Shown here one piece after another: positions 10,188 through 19,334 of a DNA stretch of 64,000 nucleotides (positions are counted from its first letter, which is position 1; the number at the start of each line of letters is the position of its first letter). Origin of the DNA: an uncultured Chloroflexia bacterium. Its GTDB lineage: Bacteria > Chloroflexota > Anaerolineae > JAAYZQ01. Position numbers and translations under genes: made by a program. The stretch spans positions 512,001-576,000 of the forward strand of contig CAVOXA010000014.1 of assembly GCA_963700285.1 (NCBI GenBank). Reading direction: 5' to 3'. The notes below the pieces were generated by a model. It was not told where the DNA came from, did no database searches, and saw nothing but the letters and a program-made list of their open reading frames with translations.

Positions 10188-11807
10188 TATGCCTCCCTGG
10201 CAAGCTCAGCGCTGATGTCCAGAAGCCTCGCGACAATCTCGGCAGAAGGCTGCATACGAGGGGGTTTCAAATGGCCAATATCTGCCCCTTCGGTCTGCTT
10301 TTGCTCCAGATAGCGCCGAAATGTCCCCAGCGAAAGAGTGGAAATCCTGAAGGGATTCATCTTCATGATGTCATAGTAGGTAGCATAGTCTTCTACGCAC
10401 TCTACCAAGGCGCTGTGCAATTCAGTGGCCAGCTTCTCTGATTTGAGGTCTTCACCCTCGACGCACATGTGAATGACGGCGTCCTTTTCTTCGGAAACAT
10501 ATTCCTTGCGCGCCGTCCAATCCACCAACGATAGATCCAGTCGACCGATACCCTGCCAGATTGCCCGCTCAGTCAGAAGTACAAGGCTGCCCAGATCGAT
10601 AACATCATCAGCTCTAGACTCCATCACCATCTGGGGCAAATCAATGCCCAGCTCCTCGTCGCGCACGGCGAGGATGCTGATCAGGTCACCGATAATGTAC
10701 CGGACAAAGGCCCCGCCAGCAAAACTCGTCCCGAGCAGGACATACCTGCCTGGCCCAACCTGATTCATCAGCAACGTCCTAGGTTTGTGCGTCGGGTCTT
10801 GGCGCCAGGCATAGTACTCCTCCTCGGGCATGAACTCCCAAAGAGCGCTGTCTGGCGAAAAGGTCAGCCCATCGCTCTTGGCTCCCCAGGCTTGAATCGC
10901 AATGGTCCCAAACTCAGTACAAGCATACGCTTCCAGCGGATCACAGCCCCACATGGCCTCGATCCGTTTCTTGTAGATCTGCACATCCATCCCAGAGGCT
11001 ACGATTCCCTTCGGACTCCAGAGATCCCTGGGCAGCATGGACCTGCGCTGCAACTTGCTTGATGCGAGAGCCTTCCCAAGGCGATAGATGGCCATCGGAC
11101 GCAAAAGCTCCTTCGATGCGGATAGCTGGCCGGAACCCTGGGAAAAAGCCTCACCCATGCGCAGCAGGACCGACCCGATCCCCACAAAATACCCGATCCC
11201 TGTCTCTATCGAACGCAGAAAAGCTTGATTGAGACGTTCTTCGAAGCTCATTTCCTCCGCCTCAGGGATGGGAGGGATGAAGCGGAAGGGAAATTCCTCA
11301 GAGATCGCTCTCATGCTTGTCCCCGAGATATAGGGCGGGGGAGCAACGGCATACAAGAAACGTTCCACCCTCTTCGAGGTTGATATCGCCTTTGTCCTTT
11401 GCGCTGGCCAACATCAGGGTGGCAAGTAGATACTTGCCGGTCAGCGAATAGAACTGGTGCGAGGTGGGGACCATCTTGCCAGTGTACTCCCCCGACCTGC
11501 CCGAAGTTCGCATCCAGCAGTAGGGTTTGACTGGCAGCACATCTTCCCTCTGAGGCTCGAGGTATTCCACATAGTCCTTGTAGGTCGTTATCGGAGCCAT
11601 CCGCCGGAAATCCTCTAGACTCTCCGGCATGTCTGCGCCGATAATCCTCCTCCCCAACTCACAGGCACCCAGGAGATGCAACTGCTCCATCAGCAGACGC
11701 TCTTGAATGCCCATGAACTCATCGATGGTCAGGTCAAAGAAACCACAGTACTTGTTCCATAGTTCGTCCTTGCGTCCTTGTCTGAGCAGCTCTGCGGCAG
11801 TTGCCAT
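10187..11807 (-). pseudogene. GH3-family acyl-acid amido synthetase (auxin-responsive GH3-like), split by a +1 frameshift near 11365-11370
   Basis: ORFs 11298-11807 and 10187-11368 carry GH3 motifs RTSGRSG..K.VP, YACTE.G and RY.IGD; span 1621 nt = 540 codons + 1; removing one G gives ...NLEEGERFLYAVAPPPY. Confidence 0.85.
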
Positions 11808-12028
11808 TTCACATGTCCTTTACTGTGTATGAGTGGTAAGTCCAGTGGTTCCAGCGCCGCCTTGCGCAAGTGCTTTTGGAGAATCCTGAAAGGCAACGCG
11901 CGTTGAAGTCATCCAACAAGCTGAGCGTGTTGCACCCCAATTGATCGATCGGCATGACTGGATTGCGAAGGTACATTGGGTTTGAGCAAGCTAAGAAACC
12001 ATTGCCCTGCACCAGTGCTCCTCGCCTC

Positions 12029-12057
12029 TTGCTATACGGCAAGTACTATGATATAAT
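12029..12057 (+). promoter_or_regulatory. Sigma70-type promoter, overlapping a weaker divergent candidate for the GH3 operon
   Basis: TTGCTA-17-TATAAT on +; on - TTGCAT-16-TATCAT at about 12076-12049. Confidence 0.5.
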
Positions 12058-12101
12058 GGCTCCAGGAGAATGCAAGGCAGAAACTACAAAGGAGTCGATT
12101 C

Positions 12102-12782
12102 ATGAAAAAGCCATCATCTTGTGCAGTCATCCTTCTGGCTTTTCACCAGTGTTGCCCGCCCTGGCCTCGAAGAGTTCGGACTATGAGCGTACCTTCTGGA
12201 CCACCGGTTGACACCACGGTCTACGATAACGAGTCTGAAGGGAATCCATGCGGGACACATGGAACATTCTTCAGGAGGAGGGTTCATCCTCTGCCCACGG
12301 TCCGCCCACTTCGGGTGGGGAAAACGATCGCGACTGAAGGGTGACCCATACTGCGCAATGTGGGTCCAGGGGCGGAGATATGGACGGCCTGATAGCACTA
12401 CAGGTTGCTCCCGGGCAGCGCCCATATCGAGACTGGCACCGGGCAGGTCGAATGCGGTGTCAGTGCCCGAGATCCATTTATCGATCCGAATGCATCCAGA
12501 TCAGTGCCGGAAAGGGGTCTAGTGGATTTTAACCCTGAAACGGGGACAGGCTCGGGCATGGGCACCAACCAGGGCAAACTCTGGTGACATCTGATAACGG
12601 AAAGATTTAATCGCGGTTCTCCTTTGCTGGGCAAGACTGACTCCGTTAGCGTCTGGGGTCGCTTCAATGTCCTGGGCGGAACAGGTCGGTATAAGAATCT
12701 TGAAGGCAATGGAATATATCGGGGCATGGCTGGCCTGATTTTAACGGTCAAGTACACCGGCCGCTACTGCGGTCCAGCGTAG
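12102..12782 (+). pseudogene. Decayed secreted protein gene with a dirigent/allene-oxide-cyclase-like GGTG motif
   Basis: AAGGAG + ATG AAA AAG, signal-peptide pieces in different frames; reading through TGA 12585 gives GRFNVLGGTGRYKNLEGNGIY...YTGRYCGPA*. Confidence 0.5.
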
Positions 12783-12789
12783 AACTGGT

Positions 12790-12824
12790 GCGGGTGGCTG
12801 CCTTTGCCTGAGGCAGCTACCCGC
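12790..12824. terminator. 14-bp GC-rich hairpin between convergent units
   Basis: GCGGGTGGCTGCCT-TTGCCTG-AGGCAGCTACCCGC. Confidence 0.55.
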
Positions 12825-12876
12825 GACCCTGCCGCCATTTGACCAGGTAGCGCCCATACGCCAGTGCTCTTGCCAC
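12817..12876 (-). CDS. Candidate 19-aa small ORF MARALAYGRYLVKWRQGRG
   Basis: AAGAAAGGAG upstream of GTG; lies between a minus-strand promoter (13118-13091) and the hairpin at 12790-12824. Confidence 0.3.
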   Translation of the reverse strand: MARALAYGRYLVKWRQGRG

Positions 12877-13090
12877 CTGCCTCTCTATCTCCTTTCTTGC
12901 GCGATTGATCTGGAAACGGGCCCACTCTCCGGCCGGTGGGCGCTAGGCATCCTGGGGGGCCAGTGCGCCGCGGGCCGGCCAAGGCCAAGCCTTCCCGCCT
13001 CACCTCAACAGGAATAAACACCGTCACTCCGCCTCCGCAAGACTAGCCTGGCAGAACCATGATAGCGTCTCCAGGTCTGCCTATAGCAAC

Positions 13091-13118
13091 AGTATAACAG
13101 ATCCTCCTGGTTTGACAA
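13091..13118 (-). promoter_or_regulatory. Sigma70-type promoter firing toward lower coordinates
   Basis: TTGTCA-16-TATACT with extended -10 TG. Confidence 0.5.
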
Positions 13119-13273
13119 GTGCGCAACAACTTGACCTCATCTTATGCTGTCTGCTTGCGTCCTGCTATCTAGGAACCGCTCAAGGCAGCCAGAGTATACG
13201 GGTTGGGGGCTGGGGGCGAACGCATGAGCCGCGACGGCCCAGTGACCGTTCATCGTGTCAGTCGACCGCAGGC

Positions 13274-13302
13274 TTGCCAACGAGGGCGAAAGATAGTACA
13301 AT
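13274..13302 (+). promoter_or_regulatory. Sigma70-type promoter
   Basis: TTGCCA-17-TACAAT; supports a start at GTG 13331. Confidence 0.5.
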
Positions 13303-13330
13303 TGGCCACAGAAAGGAACAGAGGAATCGC

Positions 13331-14353
13331 GTGTTCGCACCATTCAGCCCGGGCGACAGTCTGGGGGTATATCGCCTGCAGCGTCGAGGGATGTCCCTCG
13401 ACCTTCAGCGCAATCTCATGCATCCAACCAAGCCTCTTACCGAGGCGTGGTTGGCGTTCCTGACGCAGCAGGCCATGGGCCAACCTACCTATGTGCTCCA
13501 CGACCCACACGATGGGGAGGCGTTTGTCCAGGTCAGGTACCGGCCTCACCAGGCCATTGCCGACGTGACCTGCTTGGCCCCCGCACTCGGGGACAGTCGC
13601 CGTGCAGCCCCCGCTTGGTCCTACCTGCTGGATGGAGCCGGAATCGAGGCAGCCGCTCAAGGCATTCAGCGGATATTTGCCAACCTGCCGGCGTCAGGCG
13701 CTGAGGTCGATGTGTTTCAGCAAGCCGGGTTCACCTTGTATGCCGAGGAAGAAATATACCACCGGGCGCCGGGACAGCCTGATCCGGTACAAGGTACACA
13801 TCCAGTCTTGCGGCCACAGCGAGTCGAGGATTTGCCCGCGCTGCAGAAGCTATGCGTGGCCATTACGCCACAGCGCGTACGCCAGGCAGAGGGGGGCATT
13901 GGTCTTACCACCACGTCGGAGAGAAACTGCCGGCGTTTTGTGCTGTACTCGCCCGAGGGCGACGATCTCTTGGCCGCGCTCACCCTTTGTACGGGCGGTA
14001 GGGTTCACTGGCTGCGGCTGCTGGTACATCCAGATTCCCGGCATGTGGCTGCAGACCTCGTCGGCTGGGGGCTCGACACCCTGGCTGACCAGCCAGGCAA
14101 GGCTATCTACTGTAACGTCCGGCAGTATGAGAACGGCACGAGTGAGGCGTTGGAAGCGGCCGGGTTCCGGCTCCACGGAACACGATCGCTGATGGTTCGG
14201 CACACCGTGGCCTGGATCAAGACACCAGCCTCGGAGGCCATACCGGCCATGAAGGCAAGAGCCGAAGCCGTGCCACCCGCCTATCGCATCAACGGCGAGC
14301 CAGACCTCTCAAGTCCTGACGGCCGGCTCGCCGCTGAAACGCGATCTGATTGA
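13331..14353 (+). CDS. Tandem GNAT-fold protein (putative acetyltransferase)
   Basis: Two GNAT-like ends (VFQQAGF, ALEAAGF), LRPQRVEDL, LLVHPD; the first 73 codons of ORF 13112 look non-coding. Confidence 0.6.
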   Translation: MFAPFSPGDSLGVYRLQRRGMSLDLQRNLMHPTKPLTEAWLAFLTQQAMGQPTYVLHDPHDGEAFVQVRYRPHQAIADVTCLAPALGDSRRAAPAWSYLLDGAGIEAAAQGIQRIFANLPASGAEVDVFQQAGFTLYAEEEIYHRAPGQPDPVQGTHPVLRPQRVEDLPALQKLCVAITPQRVRQAEGGIGLTTTSERNCRRFVLYSPEGDDLLAALTLCTGGRVHWLRLLVHPDSRHVAADLVGWGLDTLADQPGKAIYCNVRQYENGTSEALEAAGFRLHGTRSLMVRHTVAWIKTPASEAIPAMKARAEAVPPAYRINGEPDLSSPDGRLAAETRSD

Positions 14354-14439
14354 AGGTCCCAGACTGGCCGGACATTGCAAGCCAGCTTGCAGGCGCGCGT
14401 GCCGGCCCAACAAACCTTGAGCGGTGAACTGACAAAAGC

Positions 14440-15969
14440 ATGCAAGACAACATTACTGACGATCTAGCTGTGTTGCTGGAGGTTGTACCCCCAGCGATCG
14501 CCGGCGCAATTCGCAAAGAGAACCACGGGGACGATCTGCTAGAGATTGTCCTGGACTTGGGCCGTCGCCCCGAAGCCCGCTTTTTGAGTCGTGAGGTCAC
14601 GCTTGGTGACCAAGAAATCACCCGGGCAGAAATCGACTATGTTGTAGACCGAGTGAGCGAGTTCACCACCGATAACCGGGCTGGCATCGAACGGACCTTG
14701 CACCGCATTTCCTGCATCCGCAACCGGCAGGGGGACGTCGTTGGCCTGACCCTGCGCGTGGGTCGGGCTGTGTACGGCACCATTGACATTATTCGCGATC
14801 TGCTTGAATCCGGCAAGAGCATCTTGCTGCTCGGCAAGCCCGGTGTAGGCAAGACGACGCTGTTGCGTGAGGCAGCCCGGGTGCTTGCCGAGAAGAAGCG
14901 AGTTGTGGTCGTTGATACCTCCAACGAGATCGGCGGTGACGGCGATATTCCCCATCCAGCCATCGGCCGCGCGCGGCGGATGCAGGTGGCTACCCCCGAG
15001 TTCCAGCACCAGGTGATGATTGAAGCAGTGGAAAACCATATGCCTGAGGTGATCATTATCGACGAGATCGGTCGGGAGTTGGAAGCGGCCGCAGCGCGCA
15101 CGATCGCCGAGCGGGGCGTACAACTGGTGGGTACCGCTCACGGTAACTCGCTGGACAACCTGCTCCAGAACCCAACCCTGTGTGACCTGGTCGGAGGTAT
15201 CCAGGCAGTGACGCTGAGTGACGAGGAAGCTCGAAGGCGCGGCACTCAGAAGACCGTACTGGAACGAAAGGCGCCGCCGACCTTCAACGTGGTGATCGAG
15301 ATAAAGAACTGGCAACACCTGGCCCTTCATCACGATGTCACGGCAGCAGTGGACGCCTTGCTCCGGGGTCGCAGCCACGCCCCCGAAGTGCGCTACCGCG
15401 ATGAGACAGGCCAGGTACAGATCGAGCAGGCGGTTGTCGCGCCCCAGTTCCGGTTGGAGGAGGATCCTGCTCGCATAGCCAGTCAAGAGGCAGCCCGTCC
15501 CCAGACTCTGCGCGTTTATGGCTATGGCATCGGCAAGAATCGCCTGCAGCAGGCAGCCCAGAACCTCCACCTACCGGTGGACCTGGTGGATGAGCTGCGC
15601 CAGGCCGATGCAGTGATTACGCTCAAGAGCTACTACCGGAGACGACCCCAACCCATCAACGAGGCGGAACGAAAAGGCGTACCCATCTACGTCCTCCGCT
15701 CCAATACCGTATCCCAAATGGAAAGCTGCCTGGCTGACGTGTTCGGTCTCAGCGTATCTGACCTGGATCCACTCACCATCGCCCTCCGCGAAACGGAGGA
15801 CGCAATCCGCACGGTATTCTCTGGAAAAAAATCAGCAGACCTGGCGCCTCAGAACTCGTTCATCCGGCGCCAGCAACACGAAATGGTCCGCCAGGCCAAT
15901 CTAGTATCTCACAGCTATGGCAAAGAACCCTGGAGACATGTGCGCATCTTTTCCACCCAGCGGCATTAG
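14440..15969 (+). CDS. Ycf45/SpoIIIAA-like AAA ATPase with C-terminal R3H domain
   Basis: [31 protein letters not shown]; RRQQH R3H motif. Confidence 0.9.
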   Translation: MQDNITDDLAVLLEVVPPAIAGAIRKENHGDDLLEIVLDLGRRPEARFLSREVTLGDQEITRAEIDYVVDRVSEFTTDNRAGIERTLHRISCIRNRQGDVVGLTLRVGRAVYGTIDIIRDLLESGKSILLLGKPGVGKTTLLREAARVLAEKKRVVVVDTSNEIGGDGDIPHPAIGRARRMQVATPEFQHQVMIEAVENHMPEVIIIDEIGRELEAAAARTIAERGVQLVGTAHGNSLDNLLQNPTLCDLVGGIQAVTLSDEEARRRGTQKTVLERKAPPTFNVVIEIKNWQHLALHHDVTAAVDALLRGRSHAPEVRYRDETGQVQIEQAVVAPQFRLEEDPARIASQEAARPQTLRVYGYGIGKNRLQQAAQNLHLPVDLVDELRQADAVITLKSYYRRRPQPINEAERKGVPIYVLRSNTVSQMESCLADVFGLSVSDLDPLTIALRETEDAIRTVFSGKKSADLAPQNSFIRRQQHEMVRQANLVSHSYGKEPWRHVRIFSTQRH

Positions 15970-16073
15970 GGGACGTCCGGCACAGCGGGGCTGCCATCAA
16001 CTACGTTCCCCATTCTTTGAATCGTTCCATCGGGCAAAGCAGGCCTTCAGATCACAGGCGCAAGGAGAGTAAC

Positions 16074-16484
16074 ATGGCATTCAGGTTCCCGTCGGAGGAG
16101 TGGGTCATGGCCTTCATGGACGAGGTCAACGGCAGCGAGGCCTATGGCAAAGCTGCTGCCACTTGGGAGGGTGATTTTTACTTTGTCGTTGAGCCAGGAT
16201 CCGGTCTCACGGAGACCATGGTGCTGTACATCGATCTCTGGCACGGAAAGGCACGTTCCGCAGGTGTCATCGCTGACAAAAGCGAAAAGAGCCCCGAGTT
16301 CACCATCCGCGCACCGATCGGTACCTGGCGCCGGGTGATTGAGAAGAAGCTCGACCCCATCCAGGGCATGATCACCGGCCAGCTAAAGCTATCGGGCACG
16401 TTGAGCAAGATCATGCGCGCCCCCAAGGCAGCTGCCGAGTTGGTCAACTGCGCCACCCAGGTCCCAACCGAGTTTCCATCCTAG
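16074..16484 (+). CDS. SCP2 sterol/lipid-binding domain protein
   Basis: FPSEEW, DLWHG, LDPIQGMITGQLKLSG; SD AAGGAG before ATG 16074. Confidence 0.85.
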   Translation: MAFRFPSEEWVMAFMDEVNGSEAYGKAAATWEGDFYFVVEPGSGLTETMVLYIDLWHGKARSAGVIADKSEKSPEFTIRAPIGTWRRVIEKKLDPIQGMITGQLKLSGTLSKIMRAPKAAAELVNCATQVPTEFPS

Positions 16485-16511
16485 CCAGGCGCGATTGGGG
16501 TCAGTCCGCCT

Positions 16512-17276
16512 ATGCCCTTCCAAGCGGTCGCCGGCCACCAGACTTACTATGTTCAGCGGCGGCCCGCTCTGGCTGGCCGACCCCCGGTCGTGTTCATCCA
16601 CGGTGCGGGGGGGACGCATCAGCATTGGCTCTTTCAGGTACGGGATCTGGCCCAGGCGCCAACCTATGCCATCGACCTGCCGGGCCATGGCAGGTCAGAG
16701 ACCCCGGGACGAGACAGCATCCAGGCTTACGCCGACTGGCTGATCGCCTTTCTGGACGCGGTTAAGCTGGAGCAGGTCGTTTTGGTTGGCCACTCGATGG
16801 GTGGTGCGGTTGCGCTCAGCGCGAGCATGCAATTCCCGGACCGGGTTCAGGGTCTGGGGTTGGTTGCGACGGGCGCCCGGCTTCGGGTGTCGCCATCCCT
16901 GCTTGATACGATCCGCCGAGATCCTCGGGAGGCGGTGCTTGCGATCTGCAGCTCGGCATTCGGCCGTGAGGCACCGCCAGAGATGCTCCGGCTGGCGAGA
17001 GAACAGATGGACGCAGTGCCAGAGGGAGTACTCGGAAGCGATTTCAGGGCCTGCGACGATTTTGATGTCAGGGACCGCGTTGGCCAGATCACAGCTCCAA
17101 CCTTGGTACTGTGCGGCAGCCAGGATGCGCTGACACCTCCCAAGTATTCTGTCTATTTGCGCGATCAGATTCCCGGGGCCAAGCTCCATCTGGTTGCGGG
17201 GGCCGGCCACATGGTGATGATAGAGGAGCCCCACGAGGTGGTCCGAGCCTTTGACAGCTTTCTGGACGGCTTGTAG
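16512..17276 (+). CDS. Alpha/beta hydrolase
   Basis: HGAGG, DLPGHGRS, GHSMGG nucleophile elbow, D (GSQD), H (AGH). Confidence 0.92.
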   Translation: MPFQAVAGHQTYYVQRRPALAGRPPVVFIHGAGGTHQHWLFQVRDLAQAPTYAIDLPGHGRSETPGRDSIQAYADWLIAFLDAVKLEQVVLVGHSMGGAVALSASMQFPDRVQGLGLVATGARLRVSPSLLDTIRRDPREAVLAICSSAFGREAPPEMLRLAREQMDAVPEGVLGSDFRACDDFDVRDRVGQITAPTLVLCGSQDALTPPKYSVYLRDQIPGAKLHLVAGAGHMVMIEEPHEVVRAFDSFLDGL

Positions 17277-17333
17277 CCCAGAGCCCCTCCAGGCTGTGGC
17301 TTGGTCCTTTCAGGACTGAGCCTGCGTGCGCGG

Positions 17334-17954
17334 CTAAGGTGCAGGGGCACTGGCCAGGAGTTGGGCCAGGAGAGGGCCAGCGGCCATCAAAGCACGGGCC
17401 CGATGGCTGATCCGGTTCTTCACTGCCGGGTCCAATTCAGCCATGGTCTGACCACCATATCCCGCGACGACAAAGACTGGATCGTAGCCAAAGCCATGGT
17501 CACCTCGAGGGACAAGACCGATTTTGCCCTCACAGGCGCCATCAGCCGTAAGGACAGTACCCCCCGCAGAGACTATCGCAATGACACAACGGAAACGCGC
17601 TGTTCGCTGGCCATCAGGCACGCCCTCAAGGGCTGCCAGCAGTTTGCGATAGCGATCGATATCGCTTGCGCCAGGACCCGCATAGCGCGCTGAGCGCACG
17701 CCTGGCGCGCCGCCCAGTGCATCGACCTCCAAACCGGAATCGTCGGCCAGGGTCAACAGGCCGGATGCCCGTGCATAGGCCAATGCCTTGAGCCGGGCAT
17801 TCTCTGCAAAAGTCTCTCCTGATTCTTCTACTTCCAGGGACAAGCCTTCCCGGACTGGATATGTGATCTGCACGGGCAGGGCCAAAGTGCCCAACAGGTC
17901 TTCATACTCGCGCACTTTGCCACGGTTGTTTGTGGCAACCAGCAGTCTGGTCAA
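17334..17954 (-). CDS. rdgB: Non-canonical purine NTP pyrophosphatase (RdgB/HAM1)
   Basis: ATNNRGKVRE, ENARLKA, ADDSGL, GFGYDP, SHR; TTG start after GGAGG. Confidence 0.95.
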   Translation of the reverse strand: MTRLLVATNNRGKVREYEDLLGTLALPVQITYPVREGLSLEVEESGETFAENARLKALAYARASGLLTLADDSGLEVDALGGAPGVRSARYAGPGASDIDRYRKLLAALEGVPDGQRTARFRCVIAIVSAGGTVLTADGACEGKIGLVPRGDHGFGYDPVFVVAGYGGQTMAELDPAVKNRISHRARALMAAGPLLAQLLASAPAP

Positions 17955-18195
17955 GGAATCCTCCCTGCGGGCAGACATCCATGGATCGCCTGCTCCCTCC
18001 GGGGGGGCAGTGACCTGCGGGCTTTGCTCTTCTTGCTCAGCAGCTTGATCGATCTGGCTCCCAACTATACCACCGGCCGCTCCGAAAACCAAATTTCTGA
18101 TTCTTGTGCGCCTGGCTTGCGGCAATTTGCCATCTGCCTCCTGACTGGGGTACAATGCACCCTGCACACGCGGACAATCAGCAGTGAGGTGAAGG

Positions 18196-18753
18196 ATGAA
18201 CGGAGGAGAAAACCTATTCAGCTCCAGCGCCGGTAGCGTAGCCGCGATCGGACTGGTGCTTGCCGCCCTGGCCCTGGTGGGAGTCGTCCTCCTGCTGGCC
18301 CGGCAGCAGCGCCTGTTGGGGCAGTACCAGCACCTGATGACGGGGACCTCTGGTGGCAACCTGGAATCGATGCTTCATGATCACGTTGCCCAGGCTCGCC
18401 AAGCCGGAGACCGGGCCCAGGTCGCGGAGCAGATGGTCCGCCACCTGGAGAAAGCATCCCGCTTCCATCTGCAGCATCTAGGGCTCTTGCGCTTCAACCC
18501 ATTTCGAGATACTGGCGGCGATCAGAGCTTTGCTCTGGCCATTGCAGACGATCATGGGCAAGGCGTAGTCCTGTCCAGTCTGCACGCCCGCGACGTGACA
18601 CGGGTGTATGCCAAACCTCTGATAGCCTGGGAATCCACCTACTCGCTCACGGACGAAGAGAAACAGGCCATCGCCCTGGCTCGCCCCAAGAGCCCTGAAG
18701 AACGAGCTCCCAGTCCCGGGGACGCAGCTCAACCGCAAGGAGACGAGGGCTAG
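18196..18753 (+). CDS. DUF4446-family membrane-anchored protein
   Basis: N-terminal TM; RFNPFRDTGGDQSF, YAKP, LTDEE. Confidence 0.8.
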   Translation: MNGGENLFSSSAGSVAAIGLVLAALALVGVVLLLARQQRLLGQYQHLMTGTSGGNLESMLHDHVAQARQAGDRAQVAEQMVRHLEKASRFHLQHLGLLRFNPFRDTGGDQSFALAIADDHGQGVVLSSLHARDVTRVYAKPLIAWESTYSLTDEEKQAIALARPKSPEERAPSPGDAAQPQGDEG

Positions 18754-18791
18754 AGCATCTTCGGATCGGTGCCAAAAAGACCCGGCCCGGA

Positions 18792-18820
18792 TTGACAAAT
18801 CAGCGCGGGAGTGCTATATT
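18792..18820 (+). promoter_or_regulatory. Sigma70-type promoter of the bactofilin gene
   Basis: TTGACA-17-TATATT. Confidence 0.6.
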
Positions 18821-18854
18821 AGCCTCCACGCAACATTGTCCAAAGGAGCAACCT

Positions 18855-19331
18855 GTGTTCGGACGAGAGAAACGCCCAATTCCGCTGGACCGCATCGAAG
18901 TAACGCTTGGCCCTACGACTAGTATCAACGGTGACCTCGAGTGCGATGGCATCGTCAGGATTGAGGGCGTGTATCAGGGCAGCATCAAGACGGTAAGCAA
19001 CGTGATCATAAGCGAAAGCGCGCGCGTGGACGCCCACATCGAGGCGCAAAACGTGTCGGTTTCGGGACAGGTTAAGGGTTCTATTGTGGCCCAGGGCCGT
19101 CTGGAGATTCTCTCCACGGGGAGGGTCTGGGCGGATGCAACCGTCACCAGTTTCCTGTTGGACGATGGCGGCAAGCTGCATGGCGGGCTCAAGATGTTTG
19201 GTACGGGCCCCGCACCTGAATCATTCGAGGTACCGTCACAGATGCTGGCCGCAGACGAGGTTGGCCAAGACCTGCTTGAGGAAGATCTACTAGAGGAGGA
19301 GCCGGACGAAGAGCCAGAAGAAGACGAATAA
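18855..19331 (+). CDS. Bactofilin (polymer-forming cytoskeletal protein) with acidic tail
   Basis: Beta-helix repeats INGDL..VRIEG..VKGSI..LEI; AAGGAG before GTG 18855. Confidence 0.88.
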   Translation: MFGREKRPIPLDRIEVTLGPTTSINGDLECDGIVRIEGVYQGSIKTVSNVIISESARVDAHIEAQNVSVSGQVKGSIVAQGRLEILSTGRVWADATVTSFLLDDGGKLHGGLKMFGTGPAPESFEVPSQMLAADEVGQDLLEEDLLEEEPDEEPEEDE

Positions 19332-19334
19332 GTA

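Noticed and set aside
11808-12040. Leader of the GH3 operon (about 230 nt) as a riboswitch
   Set aside because: No known aptamer consensus or convincing terminator seen by eye.
12585-12587. In-frame TGA as possible selenocysteine
   Set aside because: No redox motif context, and the gene has other frame disruptions; decay is the simpler reading.
12570-12610. GGGCAAACTCTGGTGAC resembling the start of a c-di-GMP-I riboswitch
   Set aside because: The paired stem and GACGCAAA element are missing, and it lies inside the pseudogene reading frame.
12764-13027. 87-aa minus-strand ORF
   Set aside because: Low-information Gly/Arg/Pro-rich composition, and it runs through the hairpin; the 19-aa ORF or an RNA fits better.
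17955-18359. Long N-terminal extension of rdgB in the ORF track
   Set aside because: Overlaps the divergent promoter region and the DUF4446 gene; a good SD precedes TTG 17954.
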